A stretch of DNA of 64,000 nucleotides from NCBI GenBank assembly GCA_900551865.1, contig URXV01000003.1:11079-75078 (forward strand). Reading direction: 5' to 3'. The notes below the pieces were generated by a model, which was given only the letters and a program-made list of their open reading frames with translations, ran no database searches and was not told where the DNA came from. Position 1 is the stretch's first letter; the number at the start of each line of letters is the position of its first letter. This document shows, piece after piece, positions 54,814-64,000 of this stretch. This stretch comes from an uncultured Rickettsiales bacterium. GTDB taxonomy: Bacteria; Pseudomonadota; Alphaproteobacteria; RF32; CAG-239. A program made the position numbers and the translations under genes.

Positions 54814-56711
54814 TATTCGGAAAATCCTGCGCGTTTATAGTCAATTTTAATATCCATGCCTTCCGCATAAGCATTCAGTGCACTTTGAGCCATATCCGAG
54901 CCCATCGAAACCGCCGCCCGGGTTTTTACTTCCGTCAGAGCGTCTTTATCCAGCTCGTCGGCATAATTGACCGTTTCGTACGGGGTAACGATGACAAAGT
55001 TGTTTCCCGGGTGTTCATAAAGCTTGACCGCGCCGTCTTCTGTTACGAACAGGTCGTTGATTTCCTGTGCGCTTAATCCGGCAAAAGTCTCGTTGCGGTT
55101 TATTGGTTCGGAACGGAAAACTTCCAGATTCCGCGCTTTTGCCGCATCGGCAAGCTGTTCGCCGTTTTCGGCGTCGGCAATGATGTTGTCGGCCGTTTCC
55201 TTAGCCAGCGCGTCTTTTTCCTGAACCTCCCACATTGCCGTGATTTTGTCTTTGACTTCATCAATTTCGGGCAGATGAGCTTCCTTGATTGCGGTAACCT
55301 GGATAACGGCAATGCCGTCGTCAAACTCTTCGGCCGAGCTTATCTCGTTCAGCCCGTACGAAAAAGCCAGTTCGTTAAAGTCAAGCGCGTTTTCCAGCGA
55401 TTTGAGCGCTGCCGGAACGTTCTTGACCGGCGTTGTTTCGCTGATATCAGATACCTTAACTGGTTCAATGCCGAGCATCTTCCCGACTTCTTCCAGATTT
55501 TTCCCGCCGTTGACGGCATCGTCGATTTCCGCTCTGGCGTCGCGCAAAGCGTCATAAAGGTTGTCGTTGTTCAGGATTTCCTCAATCTGCGGCTTAACTT
55601 CTTCAAACGTCATTTTCTTCGCCGGAACAATCTGTCTGACGCTGACAACCTGCCAGGTGTCGGCTACCTGTAACAGGCGCGGTTCGTTCAGCGGCATTTC
55701 AAACGTGTCGTATGCCAGATCTTCCGCCAGCTCGTCCTGGGCAACCAGCCCCAATGTCGGCTCGTCGGCATTTTCCGCCTGCATATCTTTTGCCGCAACA
55801 GCAAAGTCTTTGCCGCCCTTTACCTCGTTCAGCGCCTTTTCGGCCTGCGCCTTGTCGGTAAAGACCATCTGCAATACTTCTCTTTTTTCCGGCTGGTCAA
55901 ATTCTTTCTCGTGCTGCTTGTAATAATCCGCAACCATCTCGTCGCTGGCAGCGTATTTCTTCAAAACCGCTTCATTGGGAACAAAAAGAACCTCGGCCTC
56001 TCTTGTTTCGGGAATCATAAAGTTTTCCGAAAAATCTTCAAAATACTGTTTGACCTCGTCGTCGCTGATTCTGCGCTCAATTTGAACGTCGGCCGGAGAT
56101 ACTGTAACATATTTGAATGACTTGCGCTGATTGTCCATTTTGTGGATGGCTCTGCTGAGGGTTTCGGGAACTTCAAATCCTTCTACCAAATCGGTAACCA
56201 GCATCTTGCGTGCCATAAGGCGCTTAACCATGGCTACATATTCGTCTTCGCTCAGGCCGGCGGAAGAGAGGTAGCGTTTGAAAATCTCAGGGTTGAACTG
56301 TCCGTTGGCCGGATTTATGAATTCCGGCTGGCTGAAAATAATCTGCTGGATATAGGCCTTGGGGAAGTAAATATCGTTTTCGGCCATGGTCTGGTCAAGG
56401 ACGCTCTCGTCGACAATCTGTCTCAATACGCCTTCGGTAATGGCGTTGCGCATATCGTCGGTCAGTTCAAAATCGTCGCTGGTCAGATTTTTCAGCGCGT
56501 TTAATTCTTTCTGTAATCTGTAGGAAAATTCGCTTTGCGTCGTTTTTTTGCCGTCAACGTCGACCACGGTCTGGTTCTGGCTGGCACTGTCAATATAGCC
56601 CGTAACGCCGAAAAGCGAAACGAAACTGACGGCTACTGCTGCGGAAATAATTTTGAAAACCCAACTTTCATGTGCTTTAGCTAATTTACTTATCATTTTT
56701 TTCCATCCCAA
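54813..56711 (-). CDS. PpiD-like periplasmic chaperone / peptidyl-prolyl isomerase (SurA N-terminal domain protein)
   Basis: N-terminal TM anchor and a 632-aa PpiD-like architecture. Its stop overlaps the fmt start (TAATG). Confidence 0.75.
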   Translation of the reverse strand: MGWKKMISKLAKAHESWVFKIISAAVAVSFVSLFGVTGYIDSASQNQTVVDVDGKKTTQSEFSYRLQKELNALKNLTSDDFELTDDMRNAITEGVLRQIVDESVLDQTMAENDIYFPKAYIQQIIFSQPEFINPANGQFNPEIFKRYLSSAGLSEDEYVAMVKRLMARKMLVTDLVEGFEVPETLSRAIHKMDNQRKSFKYVTVSPADVQIERRISDDEVKQYFEDFSENFMIPETREAEVLFVPNEAVLKKYAASDEMVADYYKQHEKEFDQPEKREVLQMVFTDKAQAEKALNEVKGGKDFAVAAKDMQAENADEPTLGLVAQDELAEDLAYDTFEMPLNEPRLLQVADTWQVVSVRQIVPAKKMTFEEVKPQIEEILNNDNLYDALRDARAEIDDAVNGGKNLEEVGKMLGIEPVKVSDISETTPVKNVPAALKSLENALDFNELAFSYGLNEISSAEEFDDGIAVIQVTAIKEAHLPEIDEVKDKITAMWEVQEKDALAKETADNIIADAENGEQLADAAKARNLEVFRSEPINRNETFAGLSAQEINDLFVTEDGAVKLYEHPGNNFVIVTPYETVNYADELDKDALTEVKTRAAVSMGSDMAQSALNAYAEGMDIKIDYKRAGFSE

Positions 56712-57022
56712 AAATAACCTGATTGCCGCCTATTATAAAAGCCAAAAAAATTTATGCAATCGCAAATATAAATATGTTCAACGTTTTTTTGCAAAGCGGA
56801 AAAGCATTCGCCTTGTTTTGAGCCGGTGTTTTTTCATACGACGTTTTTCACCCTCCGGTCTTTTCCTTTATCCGGCGGGTTCCTGTCGGGCGGGGAATTT
56901 TTTCGTAAGCAGTTTTCCGGGCTGGAAAATAAATCTGTAAACAACTTTTTTTTTAGCTGGAAAATAAAAAAGCCTGTGCTAAAAAAGAACAAGTTATAAT
57001 TTATGGAATGAGGATTAAGAAC

Positions 57023-57784
57023 ATGGTGAGAAAAACTTTAATTGCCGGCAACTGGAAAATGAACTGTCTTTTGGAAGACGGCGTTGCTCTGGCCAAAGGC
57101 ATCGCCCAGGAAGCCAAAAAGGCTGCCCGCAAAGATTGCGAATTCCTGATTTGTCCTCCGTTTACCCTGTTGGCTTCGGCAAAGAAGGCAATTAAAGGGT
57201 CCCGGGTTATGCTTGGGGCGCAGGACTGCCATTTTGCGGCGTCTGGAGCGCATACCGGCGACATCAGCCCGGTTATGCTTAAAGACCTCGGATGCCAGTA
57301 TGTGATTGTCGGGCACTCCGAACGCCGTACCGACCATTATGAAAGCGATGAACAAGTCAGAAAAAAAGCCGAAGCGGCGATTAATGCCGGGCTGAAAGTC
57401 ATCATCTGCATCGGCGAAACCGAGGCGGAGCGCGATGCAGGGCATGCGATAGACGTCTGTACGTCGCAGATTAACGGTTCCGTTCCGGACATTTCCACGG
57501 CGCAGAATACGGTAATTGCCTATGAGCCGGTCTGGGCTATCGGAACGGGACGGACGCCGACAACCGATGAGGTTGAAGAAGTTCATGCCGCTATCCGCAA
57601 GGCGGTAAGCAAAAAGCTCGGCCGCGCCAACGCCAACAAAATGCGTATTTTGTACGGCGGCAGCATGAAGCCGGCGAATGCCAAGGCGCTTTTGGCTCTT
57701 CCTGATGTCGACGGCGGCCTGATTGGCGGAGCCAGCCTCAAGGTGGCGGATTTTATGGCTATTGCCGAAGCAAGCAAACAATAA
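57023..57784 (+). CDS. tpiA: Triosephosphate isomerase
   Basis: AGNWKMN, VGHSERR, YEPVWAIGTG and YGGS motifs. Confidence 0.95.
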   Translation: MVRKTLIAGNWKMNCLLEDGVALAKGIAQEAKKAARKDCEFLICPPFTLLASAKKAIKGSRVMLGAQDCHFAASGAHTGDISPVMLKDLGCQYVIVGHSERRTDHYESDEQVRKKAEAAINAGLKVIICIGETEAERDAGHAIDVCTSQINGSVPDISTAQNTVIAYEPVWAIGTGRTPTTDEVEEVHAAIRKAVSKKLGRANANKMRILYGGSMKPANAKALLALPDVDGGLIGGASLKVADFMAIAEASKQ

Positions 57785-57802
57785 TCAATAAAGGAAATAA
57801 AA

Positions 57803-58231
57803 ATGGGATCTGTATTGTTAGTTATTCATTTAATGGTGGCCATCCTGCTGGTGGTGCTGATTCTGATGCAGCGCAATTCCGGCAATGCTCTGAGCGGGCT
57901 GGGCGGCGGAAACGGGGCGGACAGCTTTTTGTCTGCACGCGGCAAGGGAAATCTGCTGACCCGTACCACGGCCATTCTGGCAACCGTATTTTTTATTACT
58001 TCGATTTTGCTTTCGTTGTATTATAAAGGCGAAACCAGAAAGCCGGAATCAATTACCGACGTTGCGCCTCTGGTGCAGACCGAACCGGCGGTTCCGAGCG
58101 TTCCTGATGCCGCGACGCAAAACCAGGGCACTGCTCCGGCAGCTTCTGATACGGCTCAAAATCCGGCACCGGCAACGGCGCCTGCTCCGACGGCAGTACC
58201 TGAAACACCGTCCGTACCGGCAGCGGAATAG
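57803..58231 (+). CDS. secG: Preprotein translocase subunit SecG with Pro/Ala-rich C-terminal extension
   Basis: Two TM helices with a G-rich loop (LSGLGGGNG). It sits in the tpiA-secG-pyrG order. Confidence 0.85.
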   Translation: MGSVLLVIHLMVAILLVVLILMQRNSGNALSGLGGGNGADSFLSARGKGNLLTRTTAILATVFFITSILLSLYYKGETRKPESITDVAPLVQTEPAVPSVPDAATQNQGTAPAASDTAQNPAPATAPAPTAVPETPSVPAAE

Positions 58232-58258
58232 CGGAATGCTGACAATAGGACTGAAAAT

Positions 58259-58290
58259 AAAGGCACCTTTTCAGGGAGGTGCCTTTTTCA
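58259..58290 (+). terminator. Intrinsic terminator between secG and pyrG
   Basis: AAAGGCACC / GGTGCCTTT stem followed by a T-run. It ends 31 nt before the pyrG ATG. Confidence 0.7.
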
Positions 58291-58320
58291 CTGCAAAATT
58301 TAACCAAAAAGGATAGAAAA

Positions 58321-59964
58321 ATGTCTGAATTAAACCCGAAAACCAAATTTATTTTTATCACCGGCGGCGTTGTTTCTTCATTGGGAAAAGGCTTGGCCTC
58401 CGCCTCTCTGGCCTCGATTTTGCAATGCCGGGGCTTTAAAGTGCGATTGCGAAAGCTGGACCCATATCTGAACGTTGACCCTGGTACGATGAGCCCGTTT
58501 CAGCACGGCGAAGTTTTCGTAACCGATGATGGAACCGAGGCCGACCTTGACCTTGGGCACTATGAGCGGTTTTCGGGTGTTGCGGCTAAGAAAAGCGATA
58601 GCACGACCACCGGTAAAATTTATCAGCGCGTTATAGACAAAGAGCGCCACGGCGACTATCTCGGGTCTACCATTCAGGTCATCCCCCATGTAACCAATGA
58701 AATCAAAAACTTTATCGTCAGCGATTTGGAAGACGAGGATTTTGTGCTGTGCGAAATCGGCGGCACGGTGGGCGATATTGAGGGGCAGCCTTATCTGGAA
58801 GCTATCCGCCAGTTGGCGTACGACCTCGGCCGTAATCGTACAATGTTTCTGCATCTGACGCTTTTGCCGTATATTCCGACCGCCGGAGAATTGAAAACCA
58901 AGCCGACGCAGCATTCGGTCAAGCAGCTGCAGGAATACGGCATTCAGCCGGATATGCTGTTGTGCCGTTCCCAGATGCCAATCCCGGAAAACGAACGCAA
59001 AAAGATTGCGCTGTTTTGCAATATTCGTGAGGAAAACGTTATTCCGGCACTGGACGTCAGCAACATCTACCAGGTGCCGCTGGCTTATTCCAAAGAGGGC
59101 ATGGACAGGGCCGTCTGCCGCTATTTCAATCTGCCGTGTCCCGAGGCCGATTTGAGCCGGTGGGAAAAAATCGTTGAAACGCTCAAGGCGCCGGAGGGCG
59201 AAGTCAAAATTGCCGTTGTCGGCAAATACGTCAAATTGCTTGAGGCATACAAGTCTTTGGGCGAAGCCCTGACGCACGGCGGTATTGCCAACAAATACAA
59301 AGTGCGGATTAAATGGATTGACGCCGAGGATATGGAAAATGAAGAGCCCTCAGCCCTGCTTTCCGACGTCAGCGGGATTTTGGTTCCCGGCGGGTTCGGA
59401 CTGCGCGGAACGGCCGGAAAAATCGCCGCCGTCAAATATGCGCGCGAACATAATATTCCGTTTCTGGGAATTTGTTTTGGAATGCAGATGGCCGTTATTG
59501 AAACCATGCGCAATATTCTCGGCGTCAAAAACGCCAATACGACCGAACTGGATGAAAATTGCGAAGCCGTTGTCGGCCTGATGACGGAATGGGATAAGGA
59601 CGGAGCGAAACAGATACGCCATAAAGACGGCGATTTGGGCGGAACCATGCGCCTTGGCGCGTATGATGCCGTTTTGAAGCCCGGTTCCAAAGCGGCGGCA
59701 GTTTATGGTACGGAACACATCTCCGAACGTCATCGCCACCGTTATGAAGTAAATATGAAATACAGGGAACAGCTGGAGCAGGGCGGTATGGTTATCTCCG
59801 GCACCTCGCCGGACGGAAAGCTGCCGGAAATTGTCGAGCGCCCGGATCATCCGTGGTTTGTTGCCGTGCAGTTTCACCCCGAACTGAAGTCGAAACCTTT
59901 TGCGCCGCATCCGCTGTTCGTGGAATTCGTCCGCGCCGCAATCAGGCAGAGTCGGTTGGTTTGA
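58321..59964 (+). CDS. pyrG: CTP synthase
   Basis: [16 protein letters not shown] start, with GICFGMQ and HRHRYE glutaminase motifs. Confidence 0.97.
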   Translation: MSELNPKTKFIFITGGVVSSLGKGLASASLASILQCRGFKVRLRKLDPYLNVDPGTMSPFQHGEVFVTDDGTEADLDLGHYERFSGVAAKKSDSTTTGKIYQRVIDKERHGDYLGSTIQVIPHVTNEIKNFIVSDLEDEDFVLCEIGGTVGDIEGQPYLEAIRQLAYDLGRNRTMFLHLTLLPYIPTAGELKTKPTQHSVKQLQEYGIQPDMLLCRSQMPIPENERKKIALFCNIREENVIPALDVSNIYQVPLAYSKEGMDRAVCRYFNLPCPEADLSRWEKIVETLKAPEGEVKIAVVGKYVKLLEAYKSLGEALTHGGIANKYKVRIKWIDAEDMENEEPSALLSDVSGILVPGGFGLRGTAGKIAAVKYAREHNIPFLGICFGMQMAVIETMRNILGVKNANTTELDENCEAVVGLMTEWDKDGAKQIRHKDGDLGGTMRLGAYDAVLKPGSKAAAVYGTEHISERHRHRYEVNMKYREQLEQGGMVISGTSPDGKLPEIVERPDHPWFVAVQFHPELKSKPFAPHPLFVEFVRAAIRQSRLV

Positions 59965-60038
59965 ATGTATTGAGAACTGGTTTGGCCGGGGAAATAAAAC
60001 AAACTTGAGCAGTAAAATTATTATTTTATGAATACAGC

Positions 60039-60067
60039 AAAGCCGCGACAGGAAATGCCGCGGCTTT
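60039..60067. terminator. Bidirectional hairpin between convergent pyrG and the HAD gene
   Basis: AAAGCCGCG / CGCGGCTTT stem. Confidence 0.6.
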
Positions 60068-60092
60068 GTTAAAATTGCCCTGTTCTTAAAGA

Positions 60093-60683
60093 TTAAGCGT
60101 GTTTCAGTGCGATATCAAGAATATCTTTGGCGTTTCGGGCTTTTTTGATGCAGGTATTGTCAATGCCTTGCCATAAAAACAAATGATGTTTGTTTTCAAG
60201 CCAAATCGGGCAGGTAACAATACCGATACTCTCAAACAAATGCCGGGGATTATCGTCAACAAAGAAAACTTCGTCATACCCGGAAGCCACTTGGCGTAAA
60301 GCTTCTTCCTTTGTTTGCTTCATGCCGACACAAATAATCTTTTCAAAACAATCGGCGTAATGCTCTTTAATGTTTTGGCGGCGTTGTTCTATATACGCAG
60401 GGTCGGCAGAACTGACTATTGCTAAATCAAAACAATGGTTGGACAAGTTAAAGGCCAACTCGGGCATTCCTTTTATCGGAAGCAGGTTTTTGAAAGTTTG
60501 CGATTGGCTGAAATATTCGCCAAATTCCAGATAAGGCTGGGGATTGTGAAGAAAATCATCAATAATGTCGTCCCAGTCTTTATCGCTTAATGACATGTTA
60601 TAATAACAGGCAAATACAGACCTCATAGCCGGCCACAAATCTAACAGAACGCCGTCAACATCAAAAATAAATAATCGTTTCAT
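60093..60683 (-). CDS. HAD-superfamily hydrolase
   Basis: FIFDVDGVLLD is motif I. A VSSA region and a VDDN motif follow. Confidence 0.7.
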   Translation of the reverse strand: MKRLFIFDVDGVLLDLWPAMRSVFACYYNMSLSDKDWDDIIDDFLHNPQPYLEFGEYFSQSQTFKNLLPIKGMPELAFNLSNHCFDLAIVSSADPAYIEQRRQNIKEHYADCFEKIICVGMKQTKEEALRQVASGYDEVFFVDDNPRHLFESIGIVTCPIWLENKHHLFLWQGIDNTCIKKARNAKDILDIALKHA

Positions 60684-60800
60684 ACATAAATATTATAAAA
60701 TGACACAATAAATATTAAATTTGTCCAAAATTATATAAAATGTAGAAGAAATGTCAAGAATATTTTGTCGCCATTAAAAATAGGTTCTTTAAAATAAGGG

Positions 60801-60829
60801 TTGAAAAAAGCAATTTTATTGCTTACAAT
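60801..60829 (+). promoter_or_regulatory. Sigma70-like promoter candidate
   Basis: TTGAAA-N17-TACAAT, 37 nt upstream of the ATG at 60866. Confidence 0.45.
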
Positions 60830-60865
60830 TCTCCTTAGTTTATTTTAAGAAAGGGAGAAAATTTT

Positions 60866-61579
60866 ATGGAAGAGAAAAATAATACGAAACAGTGGGTAGT
60901 CGCCGCTATAATTTTGGTGGTTGCCGTCTTGCTGTTTATGCTGGCGTTCTCCGGCAAAAAAGAACCGGCTCCGACAGTAACGGCGCCTGAAACGAAAGCA
61001 ACGGCGACAGCGCCGGCGGCAGAACAGGATAAGCCTTCTGCTGTTGAAAAGGCGGCCGAACAGCGGAAACAGCCGGAAGAAAAGCAGAAGCCTGCGAAAG
61101 AAAGCCAGGCTGTATCTGAAGAAACTTCTGATGCCGTTGTCGCGGCAGCCGGGAGCGAAACGCCGAAGCCTCAGAAAAAAGCGATAAAAGTTGAGCCGCA
61201 GAATGTGGTGCTGACCTTTACGGCGACTTCGGAAAAAGACTTTAATTACGAAGTGTTTTATACCGTAGAGCGCGAAGTCTGGTTTGATGCCGGGCATATG
61301 GTCGAATATCCGGGAAAATCGGGCACGCACAGATACAGCATAGTCATTCCGTCAGACGAAGTGTACCGCATTCGTCTGGATTTTGCATCCAATCCGGGAA
61401 CCGTAACCGTCAAAGATATTTATCTGATGGGGGCGCAGCGGGCTGACCTGAATCAGTTTGGCGAATATGAACTGAATCAGATTGACAAGGCTGTTGTCAA
61501 TGAAGACGGAAGCTTCACCATAATTTCGGCTCAGGATGATCCGTATATGGCATACCGTTCCCCGCTGTTGCCGGAATAA
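60866..61579 (+). CDS. Membrane-anchored protein with P/A/E/K-rich linker and beta-rich C-terminal domain
   Basis: AGGGAG SD, one TM helix and a low-complexity linker. I recognise no family. Confidence 0.45.
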   Translation: MEEKNNTKQWVVAAIILVVAVLLFMLAFSGKKEPAPTVTAPETKATATAPAAEQDKPSAVEKAAEQRKQPEEKQKPAKESQAVSEETSDAVVAAAGSETPKPQKKAIKVEPQNVVLTFTATSEKDFNYEVFYTVEREVWFDAGHMVEYPGKSGTHRYSIVIPSDEVYRIRLDFASNPGTVTVKDIYLMGAQRADLNQFGEYELNQIDKAVVNEDGSFTIISAQDDPYMAYRSPLLPE

Positions 61580-61750
61580 GCAACGCGGCGGTCTGCTTTC
61601 CGGCAGACAGTATGTCGCAAAAGTTGCTGAAATTCAAAAACCGCTTGTTGGCAAGCGGTTTTTTGTTGTACATAATCAACCGCATTGCATTGGGGAAATG
61701 TCTTACCTCATAATGCCTATGCCTCTGTGCCGCAGCACATATTGCGTCAG

Positions 61751-64000
61751 TTATGGTTTTATCAGTTCCTGCAATGCCGGATTGCGGCTTAAATCGCCGA
61801 GAACCGCAGCCGCATCGCCGGCTTCTCCGTCAGTATTGAAAATATCCTTTTCCGTTTCGGCAAAGCTCATATATCGGGCGTATGATTGTACAGATGCGAC
61901 TGAGTCAAAAACCGGCGCGTCCGCGCGGGCAAAAATATCGCCTTCAATTTCTTCAATGTTGATTTGCGGCGCATTTTCTTCCGGCTCGATGACGGCTTGC
62001 GGAATGTCAATCGGAAAATCATTGTTGCGGTATTCCTGATGGTTGAAGCCGCGTTCATGGTCTTCTTCGCGTTGCTGCAATTCCTCTTCGCTGTCATTTT
62101 CGGCAAAGAAAACCGCTGCCCTGGTGTCAATCGCCACTTCGTCTTTCAGGTAGACAGATACGTCGTCAATCTTGACGTCTTGCAGCTCTGCCAGCTCATG
62201 CCCGTCTTTTGATACGATGATTTTATATGTACCGTATGGTATGGAATCCAAAATGAAAAATCCGTCCACATCGGCAAAGGTTGATGCTCTTTCCCTGCCG
62301 TCTTCGTCAACGGCGGCAATCTGATAGCCGAACATACGGATATTGTCGTCGTTGGCGAGTTTGCCCTCAACCGCGCCGCGATGGATGAACGGAATGGCGA
62401 CGGTTCGCACCGTGCCCGGCCGCAGAACAAGTTTTTTCTCTTCGGCTTCGGGCTGCAGGGCGATGTCCAGCAGCGTTTCCGTGTCAACATTCAGGATAGT
62501 CTTCTCGTATGTCTGTAAATCGGTCAGCACCGCCACCCCGTTTTCGTCCGTATAAATCTCTTTTTCCAGCCCGTTGGCGTTCAGCCCGATTCCCTCAAGC
62601 GGATTGCCGCTTTCGTCCGCAAGTTTGACATACATCGTGCCCGTATCGCTGAGTTTGGAGTTCGCCGAGGTAATAATGCCCATTCTGTCCGGCGTTTTGG
62701 CAAAGCTGATGTTATAGGTCAGGTATGAACTGATGTTGAAATCGCGGTCGACCTCCAGCGTCGCCGTCAATCCGCCGAACGGGAAGACCTGTCCGCCGGA
62801 AAAGGAGAAATAATCCATATCTTCAATCAAATTGCGCGTATATTTGCCGGAAAGATAGGTGTTGCGTCCGGTGCGCCAGTCCAGCCGGGTAGAAAATTCC
62901 GTAAACCGGCTTTCCGGCGACGTTTCGTATGTCAGCCAGGTCTCCGAAGAGAAATTGCCCCACCATTTGTAGGCGCCGCCGCGTACCGTATTGTACGGCT
63001 TGTCCGAATGGGCATAATCGTAGTAACTGTCCTCAAGGGTAAGGTTCAGCCCGTTCATCAGCTGTTTGGACAATCGCGCCGTCATGTTGTTGAACGACGT
63101 CTGGTCGCTCTCAAGCGTTCCCTGCCGCCAGCTCAGATAATACGGCACTCGCCACGGCAGCATACCCGACAGCCTGGCTTCAAACTGTTCGTCCAGATAT
63201 TCGTCGCCGTAGAACGAAACCGGCGAGTGAATATTGTTAAACTTGTCATAACCGGCATAAACCGTTCCGATATAGACGTCGCCCTGCCATTCCGCGTGGT
63301 GCCCGAATTCCTGCGTATCCAGATTCTGTTCCAGATTGTACTGGATGGAGCTCCCCTTGATTGCGTATTGGGCGCCCGCCATGCCGAAACGCTGTGTTTC
63401 AGTTCCAGTGTCCGCGTCCGGCGTCTGCGTAAACCCGCCCATTAAAGTCAGATTGTCGGTCGCGCCGTAATATCCGGTAAAGTCAATAATCGGCGTGTCC
63501 TTGCCCTCGTATTCAAACGGTTCGTTGTCTTCTATCAGGTACCGGTACGGCTGATATGCCGCCGCCGTATAGCCGAACTCGCCTTTTTTAACCGGGCTGG
63601 TACCGGAATAGTAGCGTTCATACTCGGTGCGCGTCTCGCCGTACGGCCCGTAAAATACCAGCTTAAATGTATTCAGGCCATACGAAACCGGCATGTCCGG
63701 GAAGTTGTACTGCCCGTTGACACCGTTCTGCCGGTAGCCGACCAGCTGTTCGTTCCAGTACAGTTCAACCTGCCATCCGTCAAGCAGCGGTCCGGTAATG
63801 TCAATCGTCTTGTTGGCGGACATCACCAGATTCTTAAAGCTGCTGACTGCCGCGCCGCGTCCGTAGCTGGCATCGGCAAAGTAGGAAGAGCTGAGCCCGC
63901 TGATATCGCCGACTTTCAGAGTCTTAAGGTTAAACTTATTTTCGGGTTCGTCGAGAAACGTCCTGCTGCCGGAAATTCTGACCCTCGGGTTGCGGTCGGA
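61751..64000 (-). CDS. Large usher-like outer-membrane protein with CarboxypepD_reg-like domain and acidic C-terminal tail (N-terminus outside the window)
   Basis: The frame stays open upstream of the listed start to base 64000. A segment ITGPLLDGWQVELYWNEQLVGY..GQYNFPDMP..GLNTFKLVFYGPYGE resembles an usher plug or Ig-like domain. This is followed by Y/G/T-rich beta-strand repeats and then the DGFFILDSIPYGTYKI motif. Confidence 0.5.
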   Translation of the reverse strand, partial: SDRNPRVRISGSRTFLDEPENKFNLKTLKVGDISGLSSSYFADASYGRGAAVSSFKNLVMSANKTIDITGPLLDGWQVELYWNEQLVGYRQNGVNGQYNFPDMPVSYGLNTFKLVFYGPYGETRTEYERYYSGTSPVKKGEFGYTAAAYQPYRYLIEDNEPFEYEGKDTPIIDFTGYYGATDNLTLMGGFTQTPDADTGTETQRFGMAGAQYAIKGSSIQYNLEQNLDTQEFGHHAEWQGDVYIGTVYAGYDKFNNIHSPVSFYGDEYLDEQFEARLSGMLPWRVPYYLSWRQGTLESDQTSFNNMTARLSKQLMNGLNLTLEDSYYDYAHSDKPYNTVRGGAYKWWGNFSSETWLTYETSPESRFTEFSTRLDWRTGRNTYLSGKYTRNLIEDMDYFSFSGGQVFPFGGLTATLEVDRDFNISSYLTYNISFAKTPDRMGIITSANSKLSDTGTMYVKLADESGNPLEGIGLNANGLEKEIYTDENGVAVLTDLQTYEKTILNVDTETLLDIALQPEAEEKKLVLRPGTVRTVAIPFIHRGAVEGKLANDDNIRMFGYQIAAVDEDGRERASTFADVDGFFILDSIPYGTYKIIVSKDGHELAELQDVKIDDVSVYLKDEVAIDTRAAVFFAENDSEEELQQREEDHERGFNHQEYRNNDFPIDIPQAVIEPEENAPQINIEEIEGDIFARADAPVFDSVASVQSYARYMSFAETEKDIFNTDGEAGDAAAVLGDLSRNPALQELIKP

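Noticed and set aside
1-64000. CRISPR arrays, transposases/IS ends, integrases, reverse transcriptases and known defence-system genes (Sir2-fusion type).
   Set aside because: No regularly spaced repeats were found and no ORF carries such motifs. The two Sir2 proteins are short stand-alone CobB-type deacylases with zinc ribbons, not ThsA/DSR-like fusions.

Overview
This 64 kb window looks like a chromosomal segment of an alphaproteobacterium-like genome. The supporting signs are an RpoH-PrmC-DUF4167 neighbourhood, a short ParE, a PpiD-like gene next to tpiA-secG-pyrG, and an extended S16. The backbone is housekeeping: rnj, parE, rpsB-tsf, asnS, rpoH, prmC, prfC, ffh-rpsP-rimM-trmD-rplS, nfo, tig, fmt, tpiA-secG-pyrG, tRNA-Pro(CGG) and tRNA-Leu(UAG). 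Several accessory patches sit between these genes. (1) A tightly coupled minus-strand operon encodes an MFS transporter and two exported CgeB-like glycosyltransferase-fold proteins, one of them internally duplicated. (2) A visibly AT-rich insert carries an orphan HExxH protein. (3) A lower-GC glycan-modification locus next to tRNA-Pro contains a GT11 fucosyltransferase, an SGNH hydrolase, a cytidylyltransferase and a hexapeptide acetyltransferase. The acetyltransferase is split by a 12-nt homopolymer, and the operon is preceded by a perfect 18-bp inverted repeat flanking 104 bp. (4) Two Sir2 paralogs lie 2.7 kb apart. (5) A partial usher-like outer-membrane protein and an orphan tandem DUF4402-like protein are present. 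The most novel sequence-level observation is a roughly 65-nt two-hairpin element present twice (28431-28492 minus, 39726-39792 plus). Each copy ends 9-10 nt before the start codon of an unrelated gene, and the two copies differ by compensatory stem changes. I did not see a CRISPR array, integrase, transposase, reverse transcriptase or recognisable defence system. All calls come from reading the sequence and the ORF translations by eye; no database search was run.
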